Below are positions 1-8,798 of a stretch of DNA of 64,000 nt, piece by piece. The DNA is taken from the NCBI GenBank assembly GCA_000002445.1, contig CP000066.1, positions 672,001 through 736,000 on the forward strand, written 5' to 3'. Made by a program: the position numbers and the translations under genes. Under the pieces are notes generated by a model. That model had not been told where the DNA came from. It searched no databases and saw only the letters and a list, made by a program, of their open reading frames with translations. Position 1 is the first letter of the stretch; every line of letters starts with the position of its first letter. Origin of the DNA: Trypanosoma brucei. Its lineage: Eukaryota.

Positions 1-80
1 TCGAAAGAGCGGCAATGAGCCTGTGGGTGCGGGAATATGACCACCCACACCCGTCCCCCCGCGGGCTTCTGGAACGGAAA

Positions 81-419
81 TTACAAAGGATGAAGGAGGA
101 GCATCACGCAAGCGTCGCCATACCTCCACAAGGCACTGTACCATGTGTCCATGATGCATTCCTTTACATTCTGCCTCCATCCGGGTGGCAAGCTGTGGCC
201 CAGAGAGTTCCCAAAGGGAGTGACGGTACATGGTTGAAAAGGTAACAACGTTGCCATTCGTCTGCAACCCGCCTCCTCCGGTTGAGTTTTTGCGCACCTG
301 AGGATCCGGCTCTGTGGCGTGTTTTCTTCCAGCTGCGTCCTGTTCGTGACGACGGACGTCGGGATACGCGGCGTCATATGCCGCTCCATCTGCTGGAGGT
401 GGCGGTTTCGGCGCTCCAT
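81..419 (-). CDS. Possible small hypothetical protein of about 113 aa. Uncertain.
   Basis: Minus-strand ORF 81-428. The track start is GTG; the first ATG is at 419. A (GTT/GTTT)n-rich polypyrimidine tract lies on the minus strand at about 600-690, immediately upstream, as expected for a trans-splice acceptor region. No recognisable domain. Confidence 0.25.
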   Translation of the reverse strand: MERRNRHLQQMERHMTPRIPTSVVTNRTQLEENTPQSRILRCAKTQPEEAGCRRMATLLPFQPCTVTPFGNSLGHSLPPGWRQNVKECIMDTWYSALWRYGDACVMLLLHPL

Positions 420-606
420 CGGTTTCACTTAGCTCAGCGAACGCCTTTGCCAACTGCGATAGCGATAGCGGACGCAAAGAAACCGTTACGAGTGGTGCCG
501 CGGCACGAGTGAGCACCATACCAGTAACCCGTGGGGAGCTAAACACCCGCATGCTGTCACCAACAGCTCCTTCTTCCCCGGCCCCTTCTACCAATAACTG
601 TTAAGG

Positions 607-692
607 TAACGAAACAACAACGACAACAACAGCAACAGCAACAGCAACGTGAGACAAACAAAAACAAACAAACAAACACAAAAACACAGTTA
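607..692. repeat. Low-complexity (CAA/CAG/CAAA)n tract.
   Basis: caacaacgacaacaacagcaacagcaacagcaacg...caaacaaaaacaaacaaacaaaca. On the minus strand this is a pyrimidine-rich (GTT)n tract. Confidence 0.8.
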
Positions 693-1015
693 AAATAGCT
701 TCCATACACACATTCACTCAACGCCAGAGGGCGGCAAGACACGTTAGATGCAACGAAGCAAACACAGCCAGTGCACAAAGAAAGAATGGTGGATAATAAC
801 ACAAAGGAATTAAAGGTGAGCCAACTAGCACGACAGCGTGTCCACACCTTTCCATTTTGTGCTGTACACTGAATGATCACATCAAGAAGCGGGGGTAAAC
901 TCCTGTCACCGCAGCATAAACCCAAACTGAAGTCGGACTGCAGGAGAGGACAGCCCGGAGACTCTCTACACAACCACCGTTATCGCTGCCTGTATACGTA
1001 TGGGTCCTGCACGGC

Positions 1016-2149
1016 CTACAAAACCTCTTCGTCCCCCAGTGGTGGGAAGCACACCAGTAATCGAACGTTGTCAACCCGCTCAACATTTGTTGGCTGCGCC
1101 GTCACCATACGCGGGCAAGGAATGCTGCCTGTTAACATTTTTTCTAAGTTAGCAATAAGCTGGCCGCTGTAACCTACTGGTCCGCCACTGACCGGGTCAT
1201 TTGAGTTAGCCCCCGCACCGGAAGCATCCCCCAAACCACTAGAATTAGTCCTAGTCAAGCCACGAACCAAACCATGCCCGCCCCGTGGACTTCCGAGGCC
1301 CCCAAAGGATTGCGTGTTGGGACCCCTGGCGGAACTATTACCAGCGCCGCCGCTGCTCGCGGTGGCTCGATACGGAAAGAGTATATCTCTACCAACGAGT
1401 GTCATGGCACTATCGCTTATACCCACGAAGGTTGACGTGACCTCTGAGGGGTACTTTTTCTGTACATGAGTAAAAACCATCTGACCCAAACGGTAAGGTC
1501 TGCTTTTGTGCGGCTCACCGCCAAGAGACTTGCGGGACGCCACAATATCCAAAATGAGACGGCAGCGCGGTGCATTGTGAGGAGGGTGCCACTGCTTCAA
1601 TAAGTTGGCCATAATCTCCTCATCCTCTTCATGCCGATCGCGGGCTGGCGACCGCTGCGACACATATGGGAGTGACGCCCTTCTCCCCCGCGATCCAACA
1701 TTCGTGATGGGAGTGCGATGATGTTTTGATCGCCCAATAACACTCTGTGACAAGGATGGCGTCTCTGAAGGATTGGAGGTCCGCGAGGCAACCCGCCAAC
1801 TGGTTTCCTTCCGCAAGAAAGTAGTAAGAAGTGTACTACTCAGCGGCGCTGAGGGAAGCATCAAAAGTTCCCTCACCGCGTGGACGCGTTGCGTCTGTGC
1901 GGGCAACTTCTCCCAGTAATCAACTGCAGCATTAAAGGCAATTCTGGCTGTCTCCACCATGGTATCCACAAGCTCGAACACCCCGAGCATCGCTTCTTCT
2001 ATTGTGTAGTCCCACTTGAACTCAAAGTTTGCGTACACACAAAAAAAGTTCAAGGGATCACACGCCAGACGGTCACGGAAGTGAGGAAAAATTGTTATAT
2101 TGTGCCTTTGCTTCGCCTCCTTCAAGGGGCCGGCTGTGGTGATGGACAT
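1016..2149 (-). CDS. Hypothetical protein of about 377 aa, with an N-terminal globular region of about 120 aa followed by a long Ser/Gly/Arg-rich disordered tail.
   Basis: Long minus-strand ORF. The track start is GTG at 2158; the first in-frame ATG is at 2149 (MSITTAGPLKEAKQ...). A polypyrimidine tract lies on the minus strand at 2166-2240, with AG dinucleotides before the ATG. No family recognised by eye. Confidence 0.6.
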   Translation of the reverse strand: MSITTAGPLKEAKQRHNITIFPHFRDRLACDPLNFFCVYANFEFKWDYTIEEAMLGVFELVDTMVETARIAFNAAVDYWEKLPAQTQRVHAVRELLMLPSAPLSSTLLTTFLRKETSWRVASRTSNPSETPSLSQSVIGRSKHHRTPITNVGSRGRRASLPYVSQRSPARDRHEEDEEIMANLLKQWHPPHNAPRCRLILDIVASRKSLGGEPHKSRPYRLGQMVFTHVQKKYPSEVTSTFVGISDSAMTLVGRDILFPYRATASSGGAGNSSARGPNTQSFGGLGSPRGGHGLVRGLTRTNSSGLGDASGAGANSNDPVSGGPVGYSGQLIANLEKMLTGSIPCPRMVTAQPTNVERVDNVRLLVCFPPLGDEEVL

Positions 2150-2200
2150 CCGGATCACACCACGAACTGCGACCTGTAAATAGAGGGAAAGGAAACAGTA

Positions 2201-2234
2201 GGGGGAAATAATGGGGGAAATAATGGGGGAAAGG
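2201..2234. repeat. Tandem repeat (GGGGGAAATAAT) of about 2.8 copies.
   Basis: gggggaaataatgggggaaataatgggggaaagg. This forms the C-rich polypyrimidine tract on the minus strand upstream of the 1016-2149 gene. Confidence 0.85.
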
Positions 2235-2714
2235 AATATTTGAGTTGAATGGGGAGGGCACCGTGGGTTTTATACAGAAGAGAGTCAACATAGCAGAAGC
2301 CCGTGACGGAGATGGTCGAAACATTTTGTAAATAATAAGTGTAAAACCAAGAGAAGGCAAAAAATAATAATAATAATAATGTAAAATGAAGCTTCGATCA
2401 ACGGAAACCGTAACTGCCACAATTACAAAGCACCGATAACCTTTATGACTAAAAGAAAAAACGAAAAAAAATATCTTACCTCCCGAATCGCACAATCGTC
2501 TCGAAACTGCATGCCGGCAACACAAAAAGTTTTCAACAACTTTTCGTTGGTGTGAACAGCGTATGAAACAATTCCCCTCACCGGTAAAATCACACATTTC
2601 ATCTTCCTCCGTTTTCGCTTCTTAATTCCCTTCACGTCTCATGATAACGATAGCAGCAACAACGCAACAGTCGTATAGCGTCCAACAATATTCATCTGTT
2701 AAGTTAACACGACA

Positions 2715-2936
2715 CTAAAAACTCCGGACACTCCCTCGGAGACGCTCGACTTCCTCTTCCGAAAATCCCTCATGGAGCAGGCATTTGTAGAATGCCCCAA
2801 TTTCCTTTTGGCAGGCTTCTACACCCTTTAGAAGAGTGCATTCATCACGCGCCTGACGTTCCGCTGGGCACGCGCAGCATATCTTACAAGCCGGTTTTTT
2901 ACCCTTTCCGGTGGCAGCAACTTCGTCACTCGACAT
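2715..2936 (-). CDS. COX17: COX17 cytochrome c oxidase copper chaperone homolog, 73 aa.
   Basis: The internal ATG at 2936 gives MSSDEVAATGKGKKPACKICCACPAERQARDECTLLKGVEACQKEIGAFYKCLLHEGF... This carries the CCxC copper-binding motif (DNA about 2865-2879) and twin Cx9C motifs (C-PAERQARDE-C and C-QKEIGAFYK-C), aligning with human and yeast COX17. The upstream part of the 102-aa track ORF (SVFFSFVFTSL) is a translated polypyrimidine tract. Confidence 0.8.
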   Translation of the reverse strand: MSSDEVAATGKGKKPACKICCACPAERQARDECTLLKGVEACQKEIGAFYKCLLHEGFSEEEVERLRGSVRSF

Positions 2937-2959
2937 AGTACGCCGAGAACGGGGTTGTG

Positions 2960-3030
2960 AATACAAACTGGTGAAAACAAAAGAAAAAAACACAGAATAA
3001 TAGAGAAGAGAGGAAGGAATCAAATAAAGG
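2960..3030 (-). promoter_or_regulatory. Polypyrimidine tract upstream of COX17.
   Basis: The plus strand reads aaactggtgaaaacaaaagaaaaaaacacagaataatagagaagagaggaaggaatcaaataaagg, which is pyrimidine-rich on the minus strand. The ORF caller translated it as SVFFSFVFTSL. Confidence 0.5.
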
Positions 3031-3208
3031 TATCAACGATAGGAGCAGTAGAAGCAAAAGCATTGCAAATGTAATTTAGACATATTTTTTTTCTTCACAC
3101 CTTAATGCTGACCAACCAGAATTATTTTTAGTGCCGCTATGCCCTCATATGTTTGCAAGGGAACTTTTAGCGAGTACATCAACAGGGGCGCACAACATAC
3201 GACAGGGA

Positions 3209-5398
3209 CTACTCAGAAGGGGTTTCACTTACGCTGTGTCGGTTACTTTTCTTATTTTGCTTGCGTCGCGCCCTCCGCCCCGCAGCAGTGTCCTCCACTA
3301 CCCGCCTCTCATCGTCACCGTCACCGTCTCCATCGCTGACCTTATCAACATCGTCCTTCATGCCAACGTTGGCAACGTTTGACCCATCGTGATGACCTCT
3401 GTGCTGCTTGGGCGCAAAATTCTTGTTCCGGAAGTGCGTAAAGTTCGAGCGATTGTTGGTTTTAACATTCTTTTTGGCCTCTTTTACCTTTCGCTTGCCT
3501 TCACCGTCGTCATCACTGTCACTTCCACAACCGTGCCCAGCAGTCTCGCGCTCCAACAACAGTTGTTCCCGCTCCCGTGCAGCTTCCAACAGAAGTTCGT
3601 CAAGATCACCTCCCGCCTTCCTCCCAATTGGGGCCTCAACTTTGGTGGCCGCCAATCTTGCAGTAGTCCCCGCGATTACGCAGCCACAAGGACAGGAGCA
3701 ATCATCAGCAGCAGTGCCCAACTTGGAGCCGCAACCGCCGCAGCTGACCGTTGCATTCAATCGGTGCACAACAACGCCACTATCTTCAACGCACCACTCG
3801 CCCTCTGCACCATCAACGACCCGAAGAAAGCAAACACTGTCGCACGAACCAACCGCCGGTTGGTGCTTACCCTTCAACGCACTTTTTCTCCCTGCCACTG
3901 CCTGGCGAACATTGAAATGGGCTCGGGCAGCATCTGGGGGGTGCGTAAGAAGAGCGCGTTCATGGAACAGCTTCCGCCTACATTTAAGACACAAGTAATA
4001 TCGCATAGACTCAGGTGAGGATTTCACTGCGTCAGACGATGTCTTAATGGAGGGATCAAAATGCACAGGGGGCTTTGGAGGCTTATCCGCAGCTTTTTCC
4101 CCCACCGCCTCCTCCGTTCTGGCGTCACACGGTTGTTGTGGCGACTGCTTGCCGCTAGGAGAGGACCCGAAAAATACGCGAAGAAAGTTGTCGCGCACGG
4201 TAGCGCAGAATTCCTGGTGCTCTGGTGACTCAGCCAACACATCTTTACTGATGGCGTTGTGCACCGCGAGGGCGACGTACTGATAGTTGGCCGGTTCGTT
4301 GTGCATCGTTCGTAAGTATTCATCAGGGATATTTTGTGGCGTGTTCCACGGTGAACCCGTGCCAATGAGTAACTGGGACAGCGATACGTAGTTGCGCAGG
4401 GAATGAACAAATGATGGTCGATAGATTCCCGGCGCATTACTGCTTGTGACACCTTCAGCAGTCGCTAATACATAAATAGGTGGTGTACCACGACCGATTG
4501 CCCCTGTTGTTGCTTCTGACGGAGCTTTGGGAACATGCTTTCTGACTAGTTCACGCATTGCTGAGGAACAGCTCAACGCGCCAACACCATTGTGAAGGAC
4601 AACAGCGGTGGGATTCTTCCTCGTGGCTCCGTGCTCTTTTCCGCAGCCGCCTTCATCCGCTTGATCCAACATGAGCTCAGCGATCAGCTCAGCAGCCCGG
4701 TCCACAGTGTGATTTCCGTCCGTCAGCATGTTTTCACTGTTTCCGTTCGCACCAATATCCTCGGGTGTTACCACGGCTCCGTCTCGCTCGTCTGGACAAA
4801 GGTGCAACACAATCGGTAACTGAAGTTCACCCGCTTTCCGCCACAGCTCCTTGAGTAACCATTCCTGCGCAAAGTGCGTGCCACTGTCTCGGGTAAGGCT
4901 GAACCCTGATAACAACCCAATTACCTCCTGGTGCCTCGTCCACGCTACAACGCCCTCCATCCATTTTTCCTGCTGCTGCTTGTGGGTACGATCCACACTA
5001 TTCACATGCACACCCACCAAACAGTAGAGTTTGCTGCAACCCTCCTCCCCATCCAACACAGATGCTGCAGCGTTGTGCTGCCTGCACAATTCAATGAGCG
5101 CATCCTGCTGCTCAAAATTACCGCACCACGTGAGCGCAGCTCCAACTCCACCCTCCCTTGCTGCCCTCACCAGCAGTTCGCTGTATCCCGTACCGAACTT
5201 GCGGGAGAGAATGGCAACTGAGGCATCTACATGTTGCACATGATCCCTGAAGGTTGGTGGTACTGGAGCCACACGTGCGAGTGGTTGTTGCTTCACGGAG
5301 GAGGCCTTTCTGGCAGCAGGGGCGCCAGGGTTCTTCTTGGAGTGCCGTAGGCTCGACCCCTTCGCTTCACGACCGCCACCACGGTCGACAAATCCCAT
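3209..5398 (-). CDS. TatD-family metal-dependent hydrolase/DNase-like protein, 729 aa, with a basic N-terminal extension and a Cys-rich C-terminal extension.
   Basis: ATG start confirmed at 5398. The central region shows TatD-like motif spacing (DHVQHVD ... GVHVNSVD ... GLLSGFSLTRD ... LPIVLHLCPDERD ... VVLHNGVGAL ... LLIGTGSPWNTPQ). The C-terminal roughly 250 aa contain CxxC-rich stretches (CLKCRRK...; CGGCGSKLG...CSCPCGC). The family assignment is from eye alignment only. Confidence 0.55.
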   Translation of the reverse strand: MGFVDRGGGREAKGSSLRHSKKNPGAPAARKASSVKQQPLARVAPVPPTFRDHVQHVDASVAILSRKFGTGYSELLVRAAREGGVGAALTWCGNFEQQDALIELCRQHNAAASVLDGEEGCSKLYCLVGVHVNSVDRTHKQQQEKWMEGVVAWTRHQEVIGLLSGFSLTRDSGTHFAQEWLLKELWRKAGELQLPIVLHLCPDERDGAVVTPEDIGANGNSENMLTDGNHTVDRAAELIAELMLDQADEGGCGKEHGATRKNPTAVVLHNGVGALSCSSAMRELVRKHVPKAPSEATTGAIGRGTPPIYVLATAEGVTSSNAPGIYRPSFVHSLRNYVSLSQLLIGTGSPWNTPQNIPDEYLRTMHNEPANYQYVALAVHNAISKDVLAESPEHQEFCATVRDNFLRVFFGSSPSGKQSPQQPCDARTEEAVGEKAADKPPKPPVHFDPSIKTSSDAVKSSPESMRYYLCLKCRRKLFHERALLTHPPDAARAHFNVRQAVAGRKSALKGKHQPAVGSCDSVCFLRVVDGAEGEWCVEDSGVVVHRLNATVSCGGCGSKLGTAADDCSCPCGCVIAGTTARLAATKVEAPIGRKAGGDLDELLLEAAREREQLLLERETAGHGCGSDSDDDGEGKRKVKEAKKNVKTNNRSNFTHFRNKNFAPKQHRGHHDGSNVANVGMKDDVDKVSDGDGDGDDERRVVEDTAAGRRARRKQNKKSNRHSVSETPSE

Positions 5399-5839
5399 TT
5401 ACTAGTACCGTGAGCGTTGCGCAAAATACAACACATAATGTACGTATGTGCACGCACATAAGTGAACAGAGAACAGCGGAAAGTGTGGAAATAAGGATGA
5501 ACACGATTATGAGAAAGCAAAAAGAGGGTTTTATTACAAGCAGTGAAGGATAAAGGGAGAAAGTAACGCCGACTCATTGTACAATGAACCCTCTGCCCCT
5601 TTCCCGCATGTACAGCTCGGCGGTGGCGTTTACCGAACGCCACTGCCAACAATACGAAAAGGCAGAGGGTGTGCGTGTGTGCATTCTGGGAATGAGAAAC
5701 CCTGCAAAAAGGTACACCTTTCCTCCACAGGAATACTTGGCACCGGTTCCCTTGCTGTACTCTAAACTCCTTTCACCTTCTTAAATAGCCCTCTCCTCCA
5801 TCAACCCTCACATTATCTGCCTTCTTGCACCCATTATTT

Positions 5840-6649
5840 TTATTTCTGCACTGTGGGCGTCCCGTCTTCGGATCTTCCATCTTCAAGCACCTCCTTCGCC
5901 ATACCAAGCTCATCTAACACATATTGATTGAACCCATTACCTGCTATATTAGGAAGGAATCCTTCGAACACGCCGCGATCTACCTCGCCGCACACAAACG
6001 CCACCGCCTCAATCTGGTTTTGTTTACGGAAGTCAAATATATGATTTGCATCGGCCTCCATTTGCATTGGCACAGGAATGAAGCGCTCCACCCTGAAAAA
6101 CTCCACCGGCGGACACCACGCGCCGCTGTCGCGAGACCCCGCGGCCCCACTAACTTCCTCCCTCCCATCATTAGCGGTGCCAGACGTCTTCCACTCCGGT
6201 TCCGTTGAGGTTGCTGATTCCCTTGTCCCTCCGCTACCGGCCACGAGAGGTTCCCATTCACTGCTCAGCTGCACCGAAAATATACGTATGAGTACTGGCG
6301 TGCCAACCTTCAGCGCTGCTGGCAGAATTGTGTTGCGAAACACGCGGGGGTCAACACTTGAGGCATCCACAAGCACGGCCAGGCGTCGCCGCGGATCACC
6401 GAGATCAGTTGCTGGGGGCGGATAGCGATCCTTCACGGGCCCGCCTCCACCGGCACCGCCGCCGAAACCACTGCGACGTTTTGTTGTTGTATTCGTCCCT
6501 TCGGCTCCGCTCCTCACGGCAGCACCCGCTGCGCTGCTGGAAAAAGCGACAGTTTGGAAAGTCACTTGCGGGATGGATACCGGTGGTTTGAGCCGCAGGT
6601 CGGCACATCTGACACGTGCGCATGTCGATCTAAAAAAGAGTCTCTGCAT
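5840..6649 (-). CDS. Hypothetical protein of about 269 aa with a possible NYN/PIN-like nuclease fold and an N-terminal presequence-like region.
   Basis: The track ORF starts with TTG at 6697; the first ATG is at 6649 (MQRLFFRSTCARVRCADLRL..., an Arg/Ser/hydrophobic N-terminus). The segments RRRLAVLVDASSVDPRVF and EADANHIFDFRKQNQIEAVAFVCGEVD resemble NYN-domain acidic motifs. This is weak. Confidence 0.4.
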   Translation of the reverse strand: MQRLFFRSTCARVRCADLRLKPPVSIPQVTFQTVAFSSSAAGAAVRSGAEGTNTTTKRRSGFGGGAGGGGPVKDRYPPPATDLGDPRRRLAVLVDASSVDPRVFRNTILPAALKVGTPVLIRIFSVQLSSEWEPLVAGSGGTRESATSTEPEWKTSGTANDGREEVSGAAGSRDSGAWCPPVEFFRVERFIPVPMQMEADANHIFDFRKQNQIEAVAFVCGEVDRGVFEGFLPNIAGNGFNQYVLDELGMAKEVLEDGRSEDGTPTVQK

Positions 6650-7158
6650 GAAATCACTCACGTGGATCTCCGCCGTTGGGCTAATGAAGTTATTCAAGTC
6701 CCTGTGTTCAAGCGAGTTCTAAATAAGACGTGAAAAAAAAAAAAGAAAACCGGAAGGTTGCGCGACGAATATTAGGAAGGAAGTCGGACCGATATTGTTT
6801 GTGTTGAAGGTTAGCGAGAGATACGCCCATTTATTTTTATTTATTTATACGCGCGGCCTCATATCTATGTGGAGTAAAACAGAATATCCGCTACCATTCG
6901 TATTTCCAACTTAAATCACCCCTCACCGTGTGCATGTTCCCTACGAAAAGCGGCCGCTAGAAAAGACCCTCAGTTGGCGTCATCATCAGGGCTCTCCAGG
7001 GAACCACCGCGCATAAGGTTTCACAAACGGAGAGTAATCAATCATATAAGAACAACGAGAGCTGCATAAGGTTGGTTGCTTTGCAGCGGTGGCACGGCTG
7101 CGAATTAATATTTCAATTCTCTTCGCTTCGCTTCAGGGAGTGTTGCGAGGCTCATGCA

Positions 7159-8754
7159 TCAACTCCGAAGGGATGTGTCAACTACCAGTACTATGGCCCG
7201 GTCACACATGCCGTAGAATGAAAGGCTCTGCAGCTCATTATCCAGTTGTGTCGGTGCCTCTACCACTCCAGCATCACCTGACACGAAGGACAAATGCTGA
7301 TGGGACGGAGCCACGCTATACACTGCACGCACAAGGGCCTTCAACTTCCCAACTGACATTGAGCTTGGCACTCTCTTGTGTGTGTCCTCGAAACCGTCGC
7401 ATCGGAGGACTATGTTCAGCATCATGTGCATGGTACCATCGTGACTTGCCGTCTCACCTTCGCGGTAGATCACTGTGATAACATCCTTATGCTTCTCTCG
7501 CAGAACATCGAGTAGGGGATATCGCAATGTTTCTTGAGTGACTTTACTCTGACTCCCATCTTGTGCCTCTCCCACCTGCTGTTTTTGCTCTGCAGCCATG
7601 CCTCGCTGGATGTAAAATATCTCTGAGTCCATCCGTTCCTTTGCCCGTACTTGACCTCTGTTCAACGTTGTGATACTCGGGAGCGATGCAACAACGTACA
7701 TGCGGCCGAGTGTCTCATTCCATTGCGGGAATATAGCACTATACGTGATGCGGAATGTGGTTAAGTGGGGACAGAGGTATCGCACCGCATCCAGTGTGCA
7801 TGCATCTGTGATGGTTGGATTCTCATTCAAGCACAGGAGCTCAAGTGGTTGCAGATACGCGTAATCCACGAGGGATCCGTCGCTGGTGTCCCCATCACCA
7901 CGTTTATTACCGCCTCCGTGAGGTACGATGGAAGCACAGGCACGTGTAATGCTGAGATTCGGCATCCGATTACTGGTCAGAAATAACCGTTTCAGGCCGG
8001 GAAACGCTGTGCCTATCGATTCCTGCAAGCCGCTCTCTAAACCCCACGACGACAATTCGTTCTGCGCAAGGCTAAGTGTATTAACCGCGGGAAACCAACC
8101 ACTCTTTATATCATTACCACTGTTGTTATCATTCTTGTTAGCTTCGTGAAGGATGCGATGAGCAGTTTTTTCCTCGTTGTCATCCACAAAGAGGGCAAGT
8201 CGTTTGATGCTGTTGTTGTCTAAGTGCAACTCCTCAAGCAGGGGTAGTTGTACAACGGCCCGTAGTTGCCATATGGATTGCACGCCAACATGATTTAGCA
8301 CCAGCTTTCTCAGGTGTGGCGCCACAAGAAGCGACTCAAAGGGAGAAGCAGAAATCTCTGCAGTCCCCACAGGAAACAACTCGGGGCTATGGGAAAGCTG
8401 AAGGACTTTCAGGGCCGGGAGATGTTGAGCCATGCGCCCCACTTCCCTTATAGTTAGCTGAAAGTTCTCCGACAGATCGACCTCCTCCAATCGGTGCAAA
8501 GCCGCTTGGGCAAGTTCACCAGTCGTACTCTCCGCAACGGTAATGTTCATGCCGCGCAGCACAACATGCACAAGTTTTGAGTGATCCGCCTGCTTCTGTC
8601 GAGTTTTCTCCATCCCAACAAGCTCCCACTTCTTGTTGCGTCGACGCGAGGCCTCACCTACGAGGAAAGATTCGGCGCTGTACGCCGCACTGTCATCGGG
8701 CGCACCATACCGCTCGCGCACGGCGTCCATGAAACTGACTTCCGGACTCGCCAT
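7159..8754 (-). CDS. Leucine-rich-repeat protein with a C-terminal ubiquitin-like domain: tubulin-specific chaperone E-like (TBCEL-type, no CAP-Gly).
   Basis: The track start is GTG at 8823. The residues SFFFLLRAL there are a translated polypyrimidine tract (8778-8798). The ATG is at 8754 (MASPEVSFMDAVRERY...). There are multiple LxxLxLxxN LRRs (LEEVDLSENF..., LKVLQLSHSP..., LEELHLDNNSI..., LNTLSLAQNEL...). The C-terminal roughly 90 aa (VITVIYREGE...VGKLKALV...LSFYGMCDRAIVLVV) form a ubiquitin-like fold, as in TBCE/TBCEL. Confidence 0.65.
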   Translation of the reverse strand: MASPEVSFMDAVRERYGAPDDSAAYSAESFLVGEASRRRNKKWELVGMEKTRQKQADHSKLVHVVLRGMNITVAESTTGELAQAALHRLEEVDLSENFQLTIREVGRMAQHLPALKVLQLSHSPELFPVGTAEISASPFESLLVAPHLRKLVLNHVGVQSIWQLRAVVQLPLLEELHLDNNSIKRLALFVDDNEEKTAHRILHEANKNDNNSGNDIKSGWFPAVNTLSLAQNELSSWGLESGLQESIGTAFPGLKRLFLTSNRMPNLSITRACASIVPHGGGNKRGDGDTSDGSLVDYAYLQPLELLCLNENPTITDACTLDAVRYLCPHLTTFRITYSAIFPQWNETLGRMYVVASLPSITTLNRGQVRAKERMDSEIFYIQRGMAAEQKQQVGEAQDGSQSKVTQETLRYPLLDVLREKHKDVITVIYREGETASHDGTMHMMLNIVLRCDGFEDTHKRVPSSMSVGKLKALVRAVYSVAPSHQHLSFVSGDAGVVEAPTQLDNELQSLSFYGMCDRAIVLVVDTSLRS

Positions 8755-8777
8755 TACCGTGGTAAAAACGGACAATG

Positions 8778-8798
8778 CCCTCAGTAAGAAAAAAAAAC
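8778..8798 (-). promoter_or_regulatory. Polypyrimidine tract immediately upstream of the TBCE-like gene.
   Basis: The minus strand reads gtttttttttcttactgag, with an AG then the ATG at 8754. The 5' UTR is very short. Confidence 0.45.

Noticed and set aside
557-973. Minus-strand ORF with a poly-Cys run (CCCCCCCCRCC).
   Set aside because: It is a translation of the (CAA/CAG)n low-complexity repeat and surrounding noncoding sequence, not a real protein.
2073-2597. 174-aa minus-strand ORF overlapping the start of the 1016-2149 gene.
   Set aside because: It is out of frame with that gene, rich in Y/F/P from repeat translation (HYYYYYFLPSL, FPHYFPHYFP), with no domain. It was judged spurious.
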